DNA of 64,000 nucleotides from Epiperipatus broadwayi (taxonomy: Eukaryota > Animalia > Onychophora): positions 4,898,001 to 4,962,000 of the forward strand of contig JAQFVV010000005.1 of assembly GCA_028023455.1 (NCBI GenBank). Reading direction: 5' to 3'. The notes beneath the pieces are model-generated. The model was not told where the DNA came from. It made no database searches and worked only from the letters and a program-made list of their open reading frames with translations. Shown in pieces: positions 39,666 through 52,807 of this stretch (its first letter is position 1; every line of letters starts with the position of its first letter). The translations under genes were made by a program, and so were the position numbers.

Positions 39666-39899
39666 AGATCATAGCTCTTTTTCACATGTCCTTGGTCATA
39701 TGTTTATGATTATATCCCTCCACAAGATATTAAAGGTGGATAGAAACCAGTTCCTACCTTGCTTAAGAGTGGTATGGAGAAACGTACCGTACAGAAAATG
39801 ATTCATTATGAGAGAAAATGTATTCAAAAAAAAAATCCACCCTGCTGTTATTGTAGATAAAAATCACATATTTCTACATCCATGTATCAGTAACTTTAT

Positions 39900-41000
39900 T
39901 AAAAGTTAAAGGGTAATAATATAAATAATCAGATGGTTTTCTGCTCAGAAGTGAAGCCATGATTCACAGATCTTAATTTAGTTTGCCAAAAGTTAGTCAT
40001 TATAGAAAAATCATGCTTTGTCATCCTTGCTAATTCATCTCAGGAGAAGCAAAAAATAAAATACAATCTAGCATAGAATCAAAATTTGGGGGACTTTCTA
40101 GCCTTACTCTACAAATATAATTACTTCCGGCTATGAAAGAAAAATCAAATCTACAAAACATTACTGATGTTAATACTTTCCAATTTTCACATCACTACAG
40201 ACATTTAGGTAGTCACAGTGAATGATAAATGTTCAACTGTATCTGACAAAACTGAGAAAAGTATAGCAATATTAATGCAAACATAAGTAGCCATTTTGAT
40301 TGTCAAGTTAACTAATGGTCAAACAATATTCTAAAGTAGAAAATAAAAATTTATTTATTTATCCTTCCAGGAGTAGTTTTTTTCAACTTATTCAAACCAT
40401 CTACCATAAGTCTGAATAATCAATGGACACCAGATAGTATGGTGTCCTCATTCCACACCAGTTTTTGACTTCTACCTTTATCAGTGAAGACTAGGATTCA
40501 AAGCTGGAACTAATGTCCTTATACATCTAACAGCCAACTTTTACTCCACTACTCAATCTAATATGCAAAAAATTCAAAAGAACCATAAGATCTTGAATCC
40601 AAATTAACTGGCTTACATAGATTCAGATACTAGATTAAATCTTAAAAGTTTTTTTTTAAAAAAAAATTCAGGCTATTATCTTGATAAATATAAAGGAGTA
40701 AAAGATAACTGTTAAATGCATAAGTTTCAGCTATGAATCATCATTCTTTCCAACACAGTCAAAAGCAGAAACTGATGAATTGGGGATTTATAGCACTATA
40801 CCATATGGTGCACATTGATATATAGTATACATTGATTACTCAAACTTACATTCCATAGCTCAAGTTTAGGGCAAAGAGAATTTCTCTTGAAAGCATATGA
40901 GAAAGTCGTGGTATTGTTAGCAATTATTTATGTAGTTATGACAACAGTATTCAGCCTGTTTAAAATAAGTAGTAATGGACAACAGATTTTCAGGTACCTA
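39900..41000 (+). mobile_element. Highly decayed LINE RT region
   Basis: Scattered residual similarity to the AFD.V, GVPQG and KYLGV motifs; frames badly broken. Confidence 0.3.
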
Positions 41001-44000
41001 ATTATCAATTATTTACTTGGGAAAAATATCTTTTATGCCTCAAAAATATTAAATAATTGTTTTAATACATGATTATGGTTGAATCACATTTGCTGTAAAG
41101 CACAACACAGTTTGTTTGTTTTATGGAAAAGGGAAAGAGGGGAGGTGGACTTTTTGATAGGAAATCTTATTCATTTCATATATATATACAAACACAGAAT
41201 GATAGTACACTTTTATTTCACACTCTAGGTGAGTGCATCTCTCATCCTTCATCAACAAACTGGTAAGAGCATTGATTGACTCTCAATAAAAATTGCATGC
41301 CTACTAATAAATTTTACATATATCTAAAATGATATTACATTTTTTCTTCAATTGATCCACAGCATTATCTGCTCTGTCACTATAGTTCTATTTATGAACA
41401 CATAATCATATTTCAGCTATGATTGTCATAGCAATTTTGCATTTAGTCTCTTCCATTTTAATAATACTCAGCTCATCTGTAATGTTCGTAAACTGCGTAT
41501 TATCATATCTACCTCATATTGTGAGTGGATATTTATCAAATGGTTTGGAAATCCTTCATACACAAACCTCTCACAATATTAGCAATAATTTAATATGGAA
41601 GTATCTCCTGGGAGGTATTTATATTATCACACTTTCATACTCCTTCTACAGATTTCTTTACACTGTACAATAATAATATATATCTTTATGTAGCCTATAA
41701 CAGATGGCGAGACAATCTATAGGTCTGGCATACCCACACAAAATTTACAGATTCAATAACCATGATTTGAAAAATTACTAAAATAAAAAAATTCATAAAT
41801 TTCATACAAAAGTACCAAACTCTCCGTACAATAGTAGTGATCATGTGAAATTTCGTATAAATTTTATTCACTTATAAAGTAGCAGCTATTTATTGTCTCA
41901 CGAACTAAGTTGCATTGTTATTGCTGCCATTTGCATTTGTTCTATTGTTACAGTGAAGGAGAAAATTAAAATTTCGTTAAAATGACTTTAATGTAGAACA
42001 TGGCAATTATAGAAATTTTCCAGGCCTAAGATAGAAACCATGAAGTATTTCATGTATGTGGTGACATAAAAATAATTACTTTTGCCATATGTTAATGTTG
42101 GCTGAATATTCGATTGTCAGTTCATAAAAAAGAAGAAAAAAATTCATGCTAGTATTACTTTTGCTTCTGAAACTAAAATTACATCCACAATATGAAATAA
42201 GTCTTTAATGAAATTTGAAAAAAAACATTAAATTTGGAGTGGAAGATATAGACAGAAACAATATCACCTGCACTTTATCATCACTTTTTATCCCAAAAAG
42301 GCATTCTATTTTTGAGATAATAATCACATAAATAAAACACCTACTTCTGAACATAGTACATATATAATTATTCTATTTTTTGTTTTTATGTATTATTTCC
42401 CTTGTTTTTTTCATAACTATATTATTCTACTTTTTTTGGTAATTGTTTTTACTGATGTCTTAATGTATATAATTTTTAAATTAAATTGTATCATATATAT
42501 TCGGATAATTAATTAAATTAAATACCAAATAAATATATAATATTATTAACACTAATTTTAACTAGTTGTCTGCATTATTATTCACAATTTTCAGACTTGA
42601 AACAAATCACATGATCACACTGCACATAGCTAAGACAGTTTTTATTCTAGCAATTTCTCCTGTCTGTTTGAAAGCAAAACAGCCAAAAGATGACTGTAGG
42701 ACTTGCAGCTATTCAGCACTATCATTTAAAATCTAGATTCGTAACTTTCATAAAGTTGAAAAGGCTATATATTGCATTACAAAACAGACCAAAAACTCCA
42801 TGTATAATACATAATATAAAGATACCATAATAGAATTTTACAAATGTAGTACATTTTCAGCATGTCTGCATCATATTCATAGTTATCAGCATAACACAAT
42901 CTTTAAATAACATTTTAAAACCCCATTTACTTATTTCAATGTTACAATGGCTTTATTATATATGAAACAGTATCAGAGATTCAATGTATTATATAGATAT
43001 ATGTATATCATCTCTATAATTAAATATGATTCACAATCTACAGGAACACTGCTTAATAACACAACCAATATAAAAGACTATCCATTTATGCAAATATTTT
43101 ATTTAATATGCATGAATTGTAAGACAATACAGAGTATTTCCACATCTACTCATTCATAAACTGTCTTCTAGAAATATAGTAAAGAGTGGCGAGAATGTGG
43201 AATGCATAACTCCGTACTTCGTAAGTCTGACTTGGTAATCCTCCAAAATTATATATACTAGGTGTTACATTTTCCATCATTTTCTTTACTGCTAGAATGG
43301 CTTTCCAAAATATTATCTATTAGTAGGGCCAAAATGTACTTTTCACTGAAATCTAGATTTGTTTATTAAATACTGTTTTTGTATTTGGATTGGAGCACCA
43401 ACACACTATCCAAATGTTCAGAATAGAACAATATGGCCAATAAATAGTCCACTTCTTATTTTTTTTTCACTTCAATCCTTCTCATAATAGCATTTTGTTT
43501 TTTGTAGCTTTTCTATATTGTATTGCAGACACTTCTCTTTTAAACTTGCTTCACTGGTTGTACTTTACTTTTAAAAATGTATACCCAATTTGGCTTACTT
43601 TTTATCATTACTTACCACAATACATGCCTGTCTGAATTTTAGTTAACTTCCTTTTTCTCAAATCCCTCTTGAATAAGAACTAGCAATTTTCTTTTTCTCC
43701 ACATAATACTCAGTATTTTCAAAAATATTTTCTATCTTTTATGTAGACTAACATATATTTCTTTATAATCATTTTTTGTTCTTCCTTTTGGAACACTAAC
43801 TATCTCTCTTTTTGTAAGTTTGTTAAACCCTTTTCAAACATGACTATGTCCACATTAGGACCAAATCCATGAAAAGATAATGCAAATACCACACTTCAAA
43901 CATAACTACTATCTTTAGTGATCACAACATCGCACAATTATTCTGCTATGGTGTTTAAATATAGATGCCATAACAAAATTGGAATTGTATAGTCCTTAAC

Positions 44001-44940
44001 TTTAAATGTGGATATTAGCATTCAATAATTTCTAACTCTTGTATTCACAAATATAAAATGCATTATCGGCAGCATCTGAGTAATAGTTTAGTGAAAGATC
44101 AGTAAATGCACTGTAAAAAAAAAAATATGCATTTTTACTTACTTATTTATCCATCTATTGGACAATAGCTTTATTATGTAATTTACATTCAAGCTAAGAC
44201 TTTACCTGAACTAAATTAAAGTTGCCACAGTATTATTAGTATCTTAAACTCATTTCTTTAAAGTAAATAATATTCCTGATTCAATTTAAAAATGATTCTT
44301 TATCAGTATGCATTCATATATAATTGACGTTGCTAAACGCCTTCACCATTAATCCTTAATGTTTATTTTTTAAGGTTAGTAATTGTCATATTTCTTTAAC
44401 CCAAATATATTATACTTTAGTGTTATATTAAAAGTTAAATATATTTATTAAATCTATTAGCAATGACTATTTCTTCATCCACGTTTTATCCTTCGATTTT
44501 ATTCATGTGCTTAGTCTTTTATATTTCTATGAATAACATAAGACACATAACGAAGTGATCATTCCGAATAAATATTATATTTGGTTTTTAAATAGCATTA
44601 AAGCATACATCTGGCTTAAAATAATGTAATGATTTCTAACCTTAAAAAATAAATATGAATCCTTAACAATGAAGTTGAAGAAGATAGCAATTACTTATAG
44701 ATGCATGTTAATGAAATGATGTTTGTACATTGAATCAATATAATTATTATCAGATAAACAAAAAAACAATGAGGATATTATATGTTATGGCTTGAGCCAA
44801 CTGATAAGATATAATTCATGTCAAAATACATCTAGGAAGTCACTTATATTGTTCCTTTATCTATAGTCATACATTTAAAGAAGAAATGTATAAATGTGCT
44901 GTATAATGCGAAAAAATACGAAGGAATAAATAATACTTAC

Positions 44941-44992
44941 TAAAGTTCGTGGTCGAAATAAAGCACCGGCTTCATCAATAAATAATAGCAGC
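44941..44992 (-). CDS. ATAD3: ATAD3-like exon with Walker B
   Basis: tttcag|G CTG...TTA|gtaagt; 52 nt; [17 protein letters not shown] versus LLLFVDEADAFLRKRAT; phase matches both neighbours. Confidence 0.93.
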
Positions 44993-45086
44993 CTGAAAAA
45001 TAAAAAGCAACATTTACAATGTAAATACATATAATTTTAATCCAGTACAAAAACATAGGCTTCCACAACAAACATAAAACACAGAG

Positions 45087-45236
45087 CAATATGATGCACT
45101 TTGACTTCTCCTTATATGGAGTCAGGAATCTCTCAGCCACTATGCCCAGAGAAACTTGTTAGCCACTTTACCTTCCCATTCCATTCCCCACCCTAAGTTT
45201 TCCCATATTCTTGTCTATCCTTCTCCATCCCATTTC
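45087..45236 (-). mobile_element. 3'-end fragment of the 16-20.7 kb LINE family
   Basis: Reverse-complement match to 20570-20707 (gaatctctcagcca.tatgcccagagaaa); abuts a family-A fragment at 45237-45295. Confidence 0.8.
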
Positions 45237-47954
45237 GAAACTTTCCATACAGTAGTACCACTCAGTGCAAACCAGAATAATCATAATATGATGTTCAGTG
45301 GTTTAACAAACAAAACAGAATAAAAGCAAGATATACAAGAATTCCACTTTTTTTTTTTCACTTTCTTTACAATAAAACTTTATTGTTCTGTGATAACTTT
45401 ACTATCTTATAATAATTAATAATTTGTTAAGCGCATACTCATTACCTAAGTAATATATATTAAGACTATAACCTTAAGACTATGTGCCTAGATAATAAGC
45501 CGGAAAAAAAAGATTTATTAGAAATATTTTTAAAATTATTCTGATGTAATAAGCCAACTTTATATTTTCACATATAAACTTGATTATAATGAATAACAAA
45601 TTTATTTAGACAAAAATCAAATGATGATTTCAGTTTTAATTAACAGACAACAATAATTACTTTTTATAAGCCATTAACATATGCAATTTGTTTACTATAT
45701 TCAAATCTAAGCTGCCATTTATAATTATTTGAGAGTATTCCTCAGAACATACATAAATTTAGTGATTGCTTTTCATAGCAATTGTTCAAATTCTATCCAT
45801 AATAATATACATTTTTTTTTATAATAAATGCCTTTATTTAATTAATATATGCTAAAAAAACCAAGAATACCATATAATATTAAATCATTTATGCACTTTA
45901 CTACTGTTACATACTGCTTTATCTACCATCCTCTTTTACCAAGAATAACTATTTTCTTCAACCACAATTTGGGTTCTATATTTAATGTGAAATAAACGTG
46001 TGGGCCATCCATAAAATAATTAATTCAATCATTAGTTGCAAAAATTAGTGAGTGAATTAATTAATTTCTAGATGAAATATTACCAAATTCACCACTTCCT
46101 TTATTTTGCTGTAATATCTTATATAAATGCAATTTATAGTCTACTTTGAACACCTTTTAGCAAAAAACCTTTTATTGTACATTTATGCATACACAATCCT
46201 ACATTTCAACTGTCATGCAGTTTTCTTCAGAGCTATGATATAATGACCAAAATAAAATATACAACTATATAAATAATACTATAAAAAATATAAACAATTA
46301 ATAAAAAAAAAAACATAAAATATAACAAAACATATTAAAACTGAAATAAATATAATCAAACCCAATTAAAATAATCCAATTAATATAAAATAAAATATAG
46401 AATATAAATATAAACATCACATGATCACCATAAAATAAATATAAATTATACATCTGTGTTCCTGCCCAATTTCAACTAAACAAATAAACAGAATTTCCAA
46501 GCTAAATAACAGTTTAAAAAACAAATTCAACTCTTTATTACAAAAATGAAATGGTTATAAGAGAAAATGTCTTGGAAAGTAAGATCTGATCAAAAATATT
46601 GAACAGCCAAACTTCTCTTATTAGATTCAGATGTAATTAACAAACTGCATGTATTAAATGCAGCTTAAGAATTAATTAAGAATAGCTGATTAACTTGAAT
46701 TTTTTAAAATAAAATCAACGTCCTGTGTCCAATTAGATTATGCTTCAGTAAAACATCTATAAAAAGATATGGAAAACTTCAAATGTGGATTAGCAGGGAT
46801 ATAAGGATTCTTATATACATAAACTATCTCTGCTAATTAAATGATACACCACTGAAACTACAATCCTATGAAAGAGCCTAATAAAGGATAGCCTATGCGA
46901 TGGAACTTAGTTGTTTAACAATTAAATCAGTATTTAGTAATTGTCCAAAAGCATGTATTTGCATATTTTTCTCCATACTCTAAATGATAAGGCATTCACT
47001 GTACCTTTTTTTTTTGCAGTCAAATAAAAAGATACAACCCTATCCACATTGTTCCGAGACTATGGACAAGATGGAAATGCATGCTCGACTCTTGATCAGT
47101 GCTAACTTGTTAAAAGATAAAATTCCAGCATGCATAAAATTTCTATTCAGAAAAACTATACATTAATCAAAATATGACATTCAATGCATCTTTTGTAAAC
47201 TTCATGTATTTCAATTTTCTTTCTCTTTTTCCATTGGATGTTATTATATACTCTGATTATATATCAAACAATATTCACTCTGCAACCAGCCATCTTAATT
47301 TTTCAAGGTTTTTTTTTTTTTAAAACATAAAGATATAATTTGCTATTAAAGATATTCAAGTTTTAATATACTTTTTTTGATTATTCAATAGATAATATGT
47401 AAAGAAAATGAATGAACTTTTAGTAAAAAAAATTTAAAGTAAATATCTAGGCTTAATACATAGAAGTAAAAGTATTTGAAAGATTTTGAAAATAAATGAA
47501 TAGATTTAAAAATGACTTCTTTTTTTTAAAATTAATAGTATGTTATATTTTGGAAAAAATATTACTTTAGTAATTGCTATATATAGATATATCTAGAACT
47601 TAAAGGAATAAAATAATTAGAGATGAAATAATGTTAAAGAAATAAGGTAATTAGAGATAAAATAATGATAAGCGTTACTGGATTAGAAAATGATCAATTG
47701 AAAAATAAAGAACAAGTACAATTAATTATTTTCTAAAACATTCCACATTACGAAACATATAAAAACTCAGAGATAAGGGAAATTGGATTTTTTGCAGACA
47801 TTTGCATCGTTGGAACTGATCATGCTCTGTGAAGATACGAAGCAGCCCAAGCGTACAGAGAAACCAGTGTCCACCACTAAAGGTACCAAAGTGGACCTAG
47901 GGACCGTAATGAACACATTAGCTTTATTATAATTTATTTACACCTCAGTGGCCA

Positions 47955-49078
47955 TACAATTTGTAAGTAATAATATTGATATATAAAATTGTGAATTATG
48001 TTAAGCGTATTGGTAAAAATCTTACTATTGCTAATTTGTGGCAATAAAATCAGTATTTAGTTATAATAACTTGTTCTCCGAATTACTTTTTATTCAGCTC
48101 GTCAAACCCTTACCCCGCTTGTGATGCTCATGGAGGCTGTACACAGCAGTAACTGTAATTAGTATAAGTCATAAAATTAGGATTTGTGACTCCAGAAAAA
48201 TAGTAAAGAATAGAAACTTAAATATAGAATGATATTGTAAGTTAAAAGCAATGAAAAAAGATTGCTGAAATGTGAATAATAATGCCGGAAAAGCTTAATG
48301 GATTTTAGAAAAGGCTAGTAAAGCTATTTTAAACTAATTAAATAAAAGAATACAGAGGAAGGGTCAGTTTAATCAATATTTGAAAGAATTATTGCAGGTG
48401 AAAGGAATGAACACTGATGCAATTACTGAAAAGAAATAGCTTAATGTAAATAGTATTACCTTTTATAATAATTAATACTGGATATTAAATTGCAAAAAAG
48501 GTATAAATAGTGTGTGCTTAAAAGAGCAGTAGCTTTTTCTTACCCTTCGTATATGCTGTTGCGTAGTGAGATGTCAGGAAGATAGGACCCTAAAAAAAGC
48601 TGTTGCAAAAGTTGTAGTGACTTTTCTGCTATAAGGAACATCATCCCTGAGGTTGAGCTTCTGTAGGTGCAAACAGCCAGATAGGGAACTTAAACAGACT
48701 TCACCAGTCTTATTTTTATTTGTGTACACCTGATAAGGCTTATGAGAACTATATAGAGTCAGACTGAGAGTAAAAACAATTTTTTTAGTTATTTTCTCAG
48801 GACTAAGAAAATGAAGTGATAGTGGGTAGTTGTTATCTGCGGGGAATATTAGCATTTAGTGGAAAATAGTCCTCCAATTCAAGAACTGATTTGATCACGT
48901 TTGCAAATGCAGAACTTTAGGAAGATATATATGCCGGAATAACTGCCGGGTGGTCAGTCATTAATAGTCATCGGAATTACTGAAGGCGCAATTGTATATA
49001 ATGTGTTATGTATATTAATGTAAATAAATATATTTTCAACTTTATTTTGATGTTATTCTTTAAAACTTATAGTCTACA
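47955..49078 (+). mobile_element. Diverged solo LTR related to the 3.8-7.8 kb Gypsy LTRs
   Basis: Collinear motifs with the reverse complement of 6765-7811 (actccag.aaaaatagtaa, aaaagcaatgaaaaaagattgctgaaa, acagccagatagg.aactta); ends in CA; 5' boundary approximate. Confidence 0.7.
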
Positions 49079-49580
49079 ATTTTTGTTATTTTGTTGGCAT
49101 TCCGCTTCATGGCTGAATACACAACATAGTAAAACGTTAAATGAAATATTAAAAGATTACGAAATGGAAGTAGAAGTACCTCTTTTTGATTGATTAAAAA
49201 TAAAGTTTTTGCCGATATTTTAAAATTATTAATATAGTTTCATCAGCCATTAAATAATATATAAATGCAAAATAATTATTGTATAATTGACCTTTGAATA
49301 TGTGTCTTTATGTCATGATAGTCTGATTGCTTTTAATTATGCCTTTTTTTATTTTAAATTTTGGTTGCATAATTCTAAGTTTTGAATTTGCATGCAGGAA
49401 TTTGAGATGATTTGATGGTATGTATTTAATGATATGTACTTTTTTAGTTAAATAATTGAGTGAATATTTGTGATAATTCAGAGAAAAATTGGGCTGGGTT
49501 GACTTTTGCAGATATAATGAAAGTATATCCTTCTTAAGCATCACATGATTACCATCTCTTATACTAGCACATAATTGTTT

Positions 49581-50005
49581 ATAAACAAGGCAAAACTCTC
49601 CATACATTAGTGCCATCCTGTGCCAACCAGAATAATCAATGAATGCCAGAAGGCTTGTGCATAAAATCCATATTTAATGCCTACTCATCCAATATCCCCA
49701 GACTAGTTTCTGGCTTGCTTAGATTGAAAATATTTTTGTGTTTTCCAATTTCATTCTCATAGTTTTATAGTTAAGTAGAGATAAAAGGTTGTTGCTGGAG
49801 GGTTGCATTAGATCCTAAGATCTAGGTGCAGTGCTCTCAGATCCAAAGCTCCTCACTGACGAAGGCCACAAGCCAGAAACTAGTCTGGGGATATTGGATG
49901 AGTAGGCATTAGATAGGGACTTTATGCACAAACCTTCTGGCATCCATTGATTACTCTGGTTGGCACAGGGTGGCACTACTGTATGGAGAGTTTTGCCTTG
50001 TTTAT
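49581..50005. repeat. Family-A fold-back element
   Basis: ~135-bp inverted arms at 49581-49716 and 49868-50005. Confidence 0.9.
49851..49890 (+). ncRNA. Minimal type I hammerhead ribozyme motif (family A)
   Basis: CCTCA CTGACGA A GGC cacaa GCC A GAA ACTAGT C TGGGG: intact CUGANGA and GAAA, GUC site after 49885, palindromic stem III; A.A mismatch at the base of stem II. Confidence 0.75.
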
Positions 50006-51248
50006 ATCCTTCTTATTTGAAAACTCGACTTTAAGATGGCAGACAATTTCATGTTTCTGCAACCATATATATATATCACATCACTCCCAGCTATGAAATA
50101 ACTGCAAGCAAGCAACCAATTGAAATTGGTAATATAAACTGAAATCAATGGAAACTTTTTAATATATGCTCTAAATTTAAATAATAGAATAGATCTGTCA
50201 TCAATACTTTATGTGTGTGAAAATTTGAGAGATCTGTTCATTTGACAAAAAATATTTTATAATACTTCCAGATTTCATACATGTTTTGATGTCACAAAAC
50301 TAGGCTATAAACTAAAAGTGAACACACTCTTGACTTATAGGTCACACATATAACTATTATTATTAGATGATATCATTTCGGTTTGCATTGCCAGTTTTAT
50401 TTGTTGCTTGCTAAATTACATCCCTAGACAAACTCTATCTAAAAAAATTCACAGAAAAGGCCATTAAAACTTCTAATATTTACAGATATACGTCCATGAA
50501 AGATTTCTGAATATTACATCAAACACTTCATTGGATAGTTTTTATTTGTAAAAATATTTGACAAATTAAGATATTTTTTAATTATCACACACACAGAAAA
50601 TAGTGATGTCTGCTTTATCTCCATCATTTAAAATTAGGGCATAAGCTAAAAGAGATTCCACTTTTGATTTACAGGGGCAATGCTGATGGTTTGCTTGATT
50701 ACACTGTAGTTGAACTCTAAGAAAAATGCAGAAAATTTCATTTAAAACTTGCAATATTTATATCCATATGTACATACAGACCTTCTAACTATTATATACA
50801 TATACGTAAATAATTTACATACAACATCAAAGTCCACTTTCCAAACATAAAATAAATATTAATACAGAACCATATGTCTTATGGTATAGTAGATACAGCA
50901 TTTAAAACTACCATTTCTATGGTCTGGAGTTCAAACCTTTTCCCATTGAAATTTAGGGGGAAAAAATTTCAGATTCTAAAGCTAGCATAAAATCTTTTTT
51001 TCAGGGAGTTAATCTAATTAGCTATTCAATTATTGAATAGCTAATCTGGTTTTCAAGCCATTTTAAGCTAAAGAGTAAAACATGAAAAATATCATAAACC
51101 CTCACCACTTTGCAAATGGCTAGTCTAGTGACTATCTTCTTCCTTTCATTATTCTTCTGTGAAAAGTTTTAATTTGCAATAGGCCAAGTAAAGACTATTG
51201 GAATGGTTTCATATCATGAGCAAGAAATTATTATAATTTAAGTCTTAC

Positions 51249-51373
51249 CCTCTTCTAGAAGTCATTGCCCAATCAAAAAGTTTATTCATTGCAACAGGAG
51301 CTTCATGTCCCAGAGTAACAGCACTGCCTCCGGTCATCAAAGCGTAATCCATTCCCGAATGGAATGACAAACT
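51249..51373 (-). CDS. ATAD3: ATAD3-like exon
   Basis: ctag|AGT...AGA GG|gtaaga; 125 nt; [42 protein letters not shown] versus ATAD3 [42 protein letters not shown]. Confidence 0.95.
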
Positions 51374-51870
51374 CTAGAAAATGTAAGAAAGTTATACTTT
51401 AGCAAATTCTATAAATCACTAGAATAACTATTTGATTAATAAAATCCTAATATAAATAATTCTGAAGTTATTTAGTGTAACCAGTAATAACACAAAAAAA
51501 ATTTAGTCTTCACGATAACGATGTTTTCAACAATTGTTGCTTCATTAAACATAATAGGGGGGGGGATTTCTTAATTCATAATTCAACCGCTGGAGCTGTG
51601 ATTCACAATTCGTTTTTTAGTAGTTTGAATTTTACGATATCTCTTTGATATGCTATCTTTTGCATTTTATCAATAATTTTCATCGCAAAAGAATGAAGAA
51701 GGATACAAGTTTTATTTATTTAGTTTTAAAAAAAAGCGATGACTTAATGTATATAATTTTTACATTCTATCATTGCTCAAAATATTTACTTGTTTAAACA
51801 GTATTCTATTTTTTTTGCTGTTGTTGTTCATTAGTTTGTTGACGTTTTAATATTAATCAATAAATTTGGG

Positions 51871-52397
51871 TGCGATAATATGTTGGACTATTTCCATCAA
51901 CTATCTTTAAATGTTGAATATCTAGAAAATTTCAAACTTTACTTAAATTTTTCAAATACAAACAACTGTTAATAATAGCACACAAACAGACAACACAGTT
52001 TAGTAAATTACACAACCTTTCCAGTGGTATTACTTTCTCCATTTCCTCCAGGTGTTGCTGGCCTGATCAGTGACAATATTAGCATAGAAGATGAACTTAC
52101 ATCTTTAGATTCTTGAATATTGAATTTTAAGGCAATACTCTAACCAACTGAGCTAATTCGATATTCAAGAATCTAAAGATGTAAGTTTAACTCCTATGCT
52201 AATATTGTTATTGGTCAGGCCAGCAACATCCGAAGAAGAGCGGACAATAATCACACTTGAAACATTCTGTAATTTACTAAGCTGTATTGTCTATTTGTGT
52301 TTATTAAAAACAGTTGTTTGTATTCGAAAAGTTTAAAATTTTCTAGACATTCAACATTTAATGATAATTAATGGAAATAGTCCAACATATTATCACA
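51871..52397. repeat. Fold-back element with tRNA-like head (family D)
   Basis: ~255-bp inverted arms; the loop at 52127-52154 reads agctcagttggttagag on the minus strand (A box); B-box-like GTT(C/T)A(A/T)CT in both arms; degenerate hammerhead-like motif in the arms. Confidence 0.85.
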
Positions 52398-52557
52398 TTA
52401 TATTTATACCATCAGCACAAACCTTTGGGCAAATAATATAATTCACATACTTTTATAAATTTATTGAGTAATATTTTAATTTTTTTGATTTATTATATAT
52501 TTTTGATATTTATATTTTAAGATATATACATGTATTTAAATTGTATATATGTACATA

Positions 52558-52807
52558 CTTATTTAAACAGGAAGAACTCTCCATACAGTAGTGCCACTCA
52601 GTGCAAACCAGAGTAATCGATGGATGCCAGAAGGCTTGTGCATAAAATCCTCATCTAGTGCCTACTCATGCAATATCCCCAGACTAGTTTCTGGCTGAAT
52701 AGGTGCTAGGATGAGGATTTTATGCACAAGCCTTCTGGCACCCATTGATTACTCTGGCTTGCACTGAGTGGCAATACTGTATGGAGAATTTTGTCTGTTT
52801 GAATAAG
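52558..52807. repeat. Family-A fold-back element (short)
   Basis: Inverted arms cttatttaaacag...tcctcat / tgaggatt...gtttgaataag; homologous to 49581-50005. Confidence 0.9.

Noticed and set aside
52080-52160. A functional tRNA gene
   Set aside because: No acceptor or anticodon stem can be closed; treated as a tRNA-derived head only.
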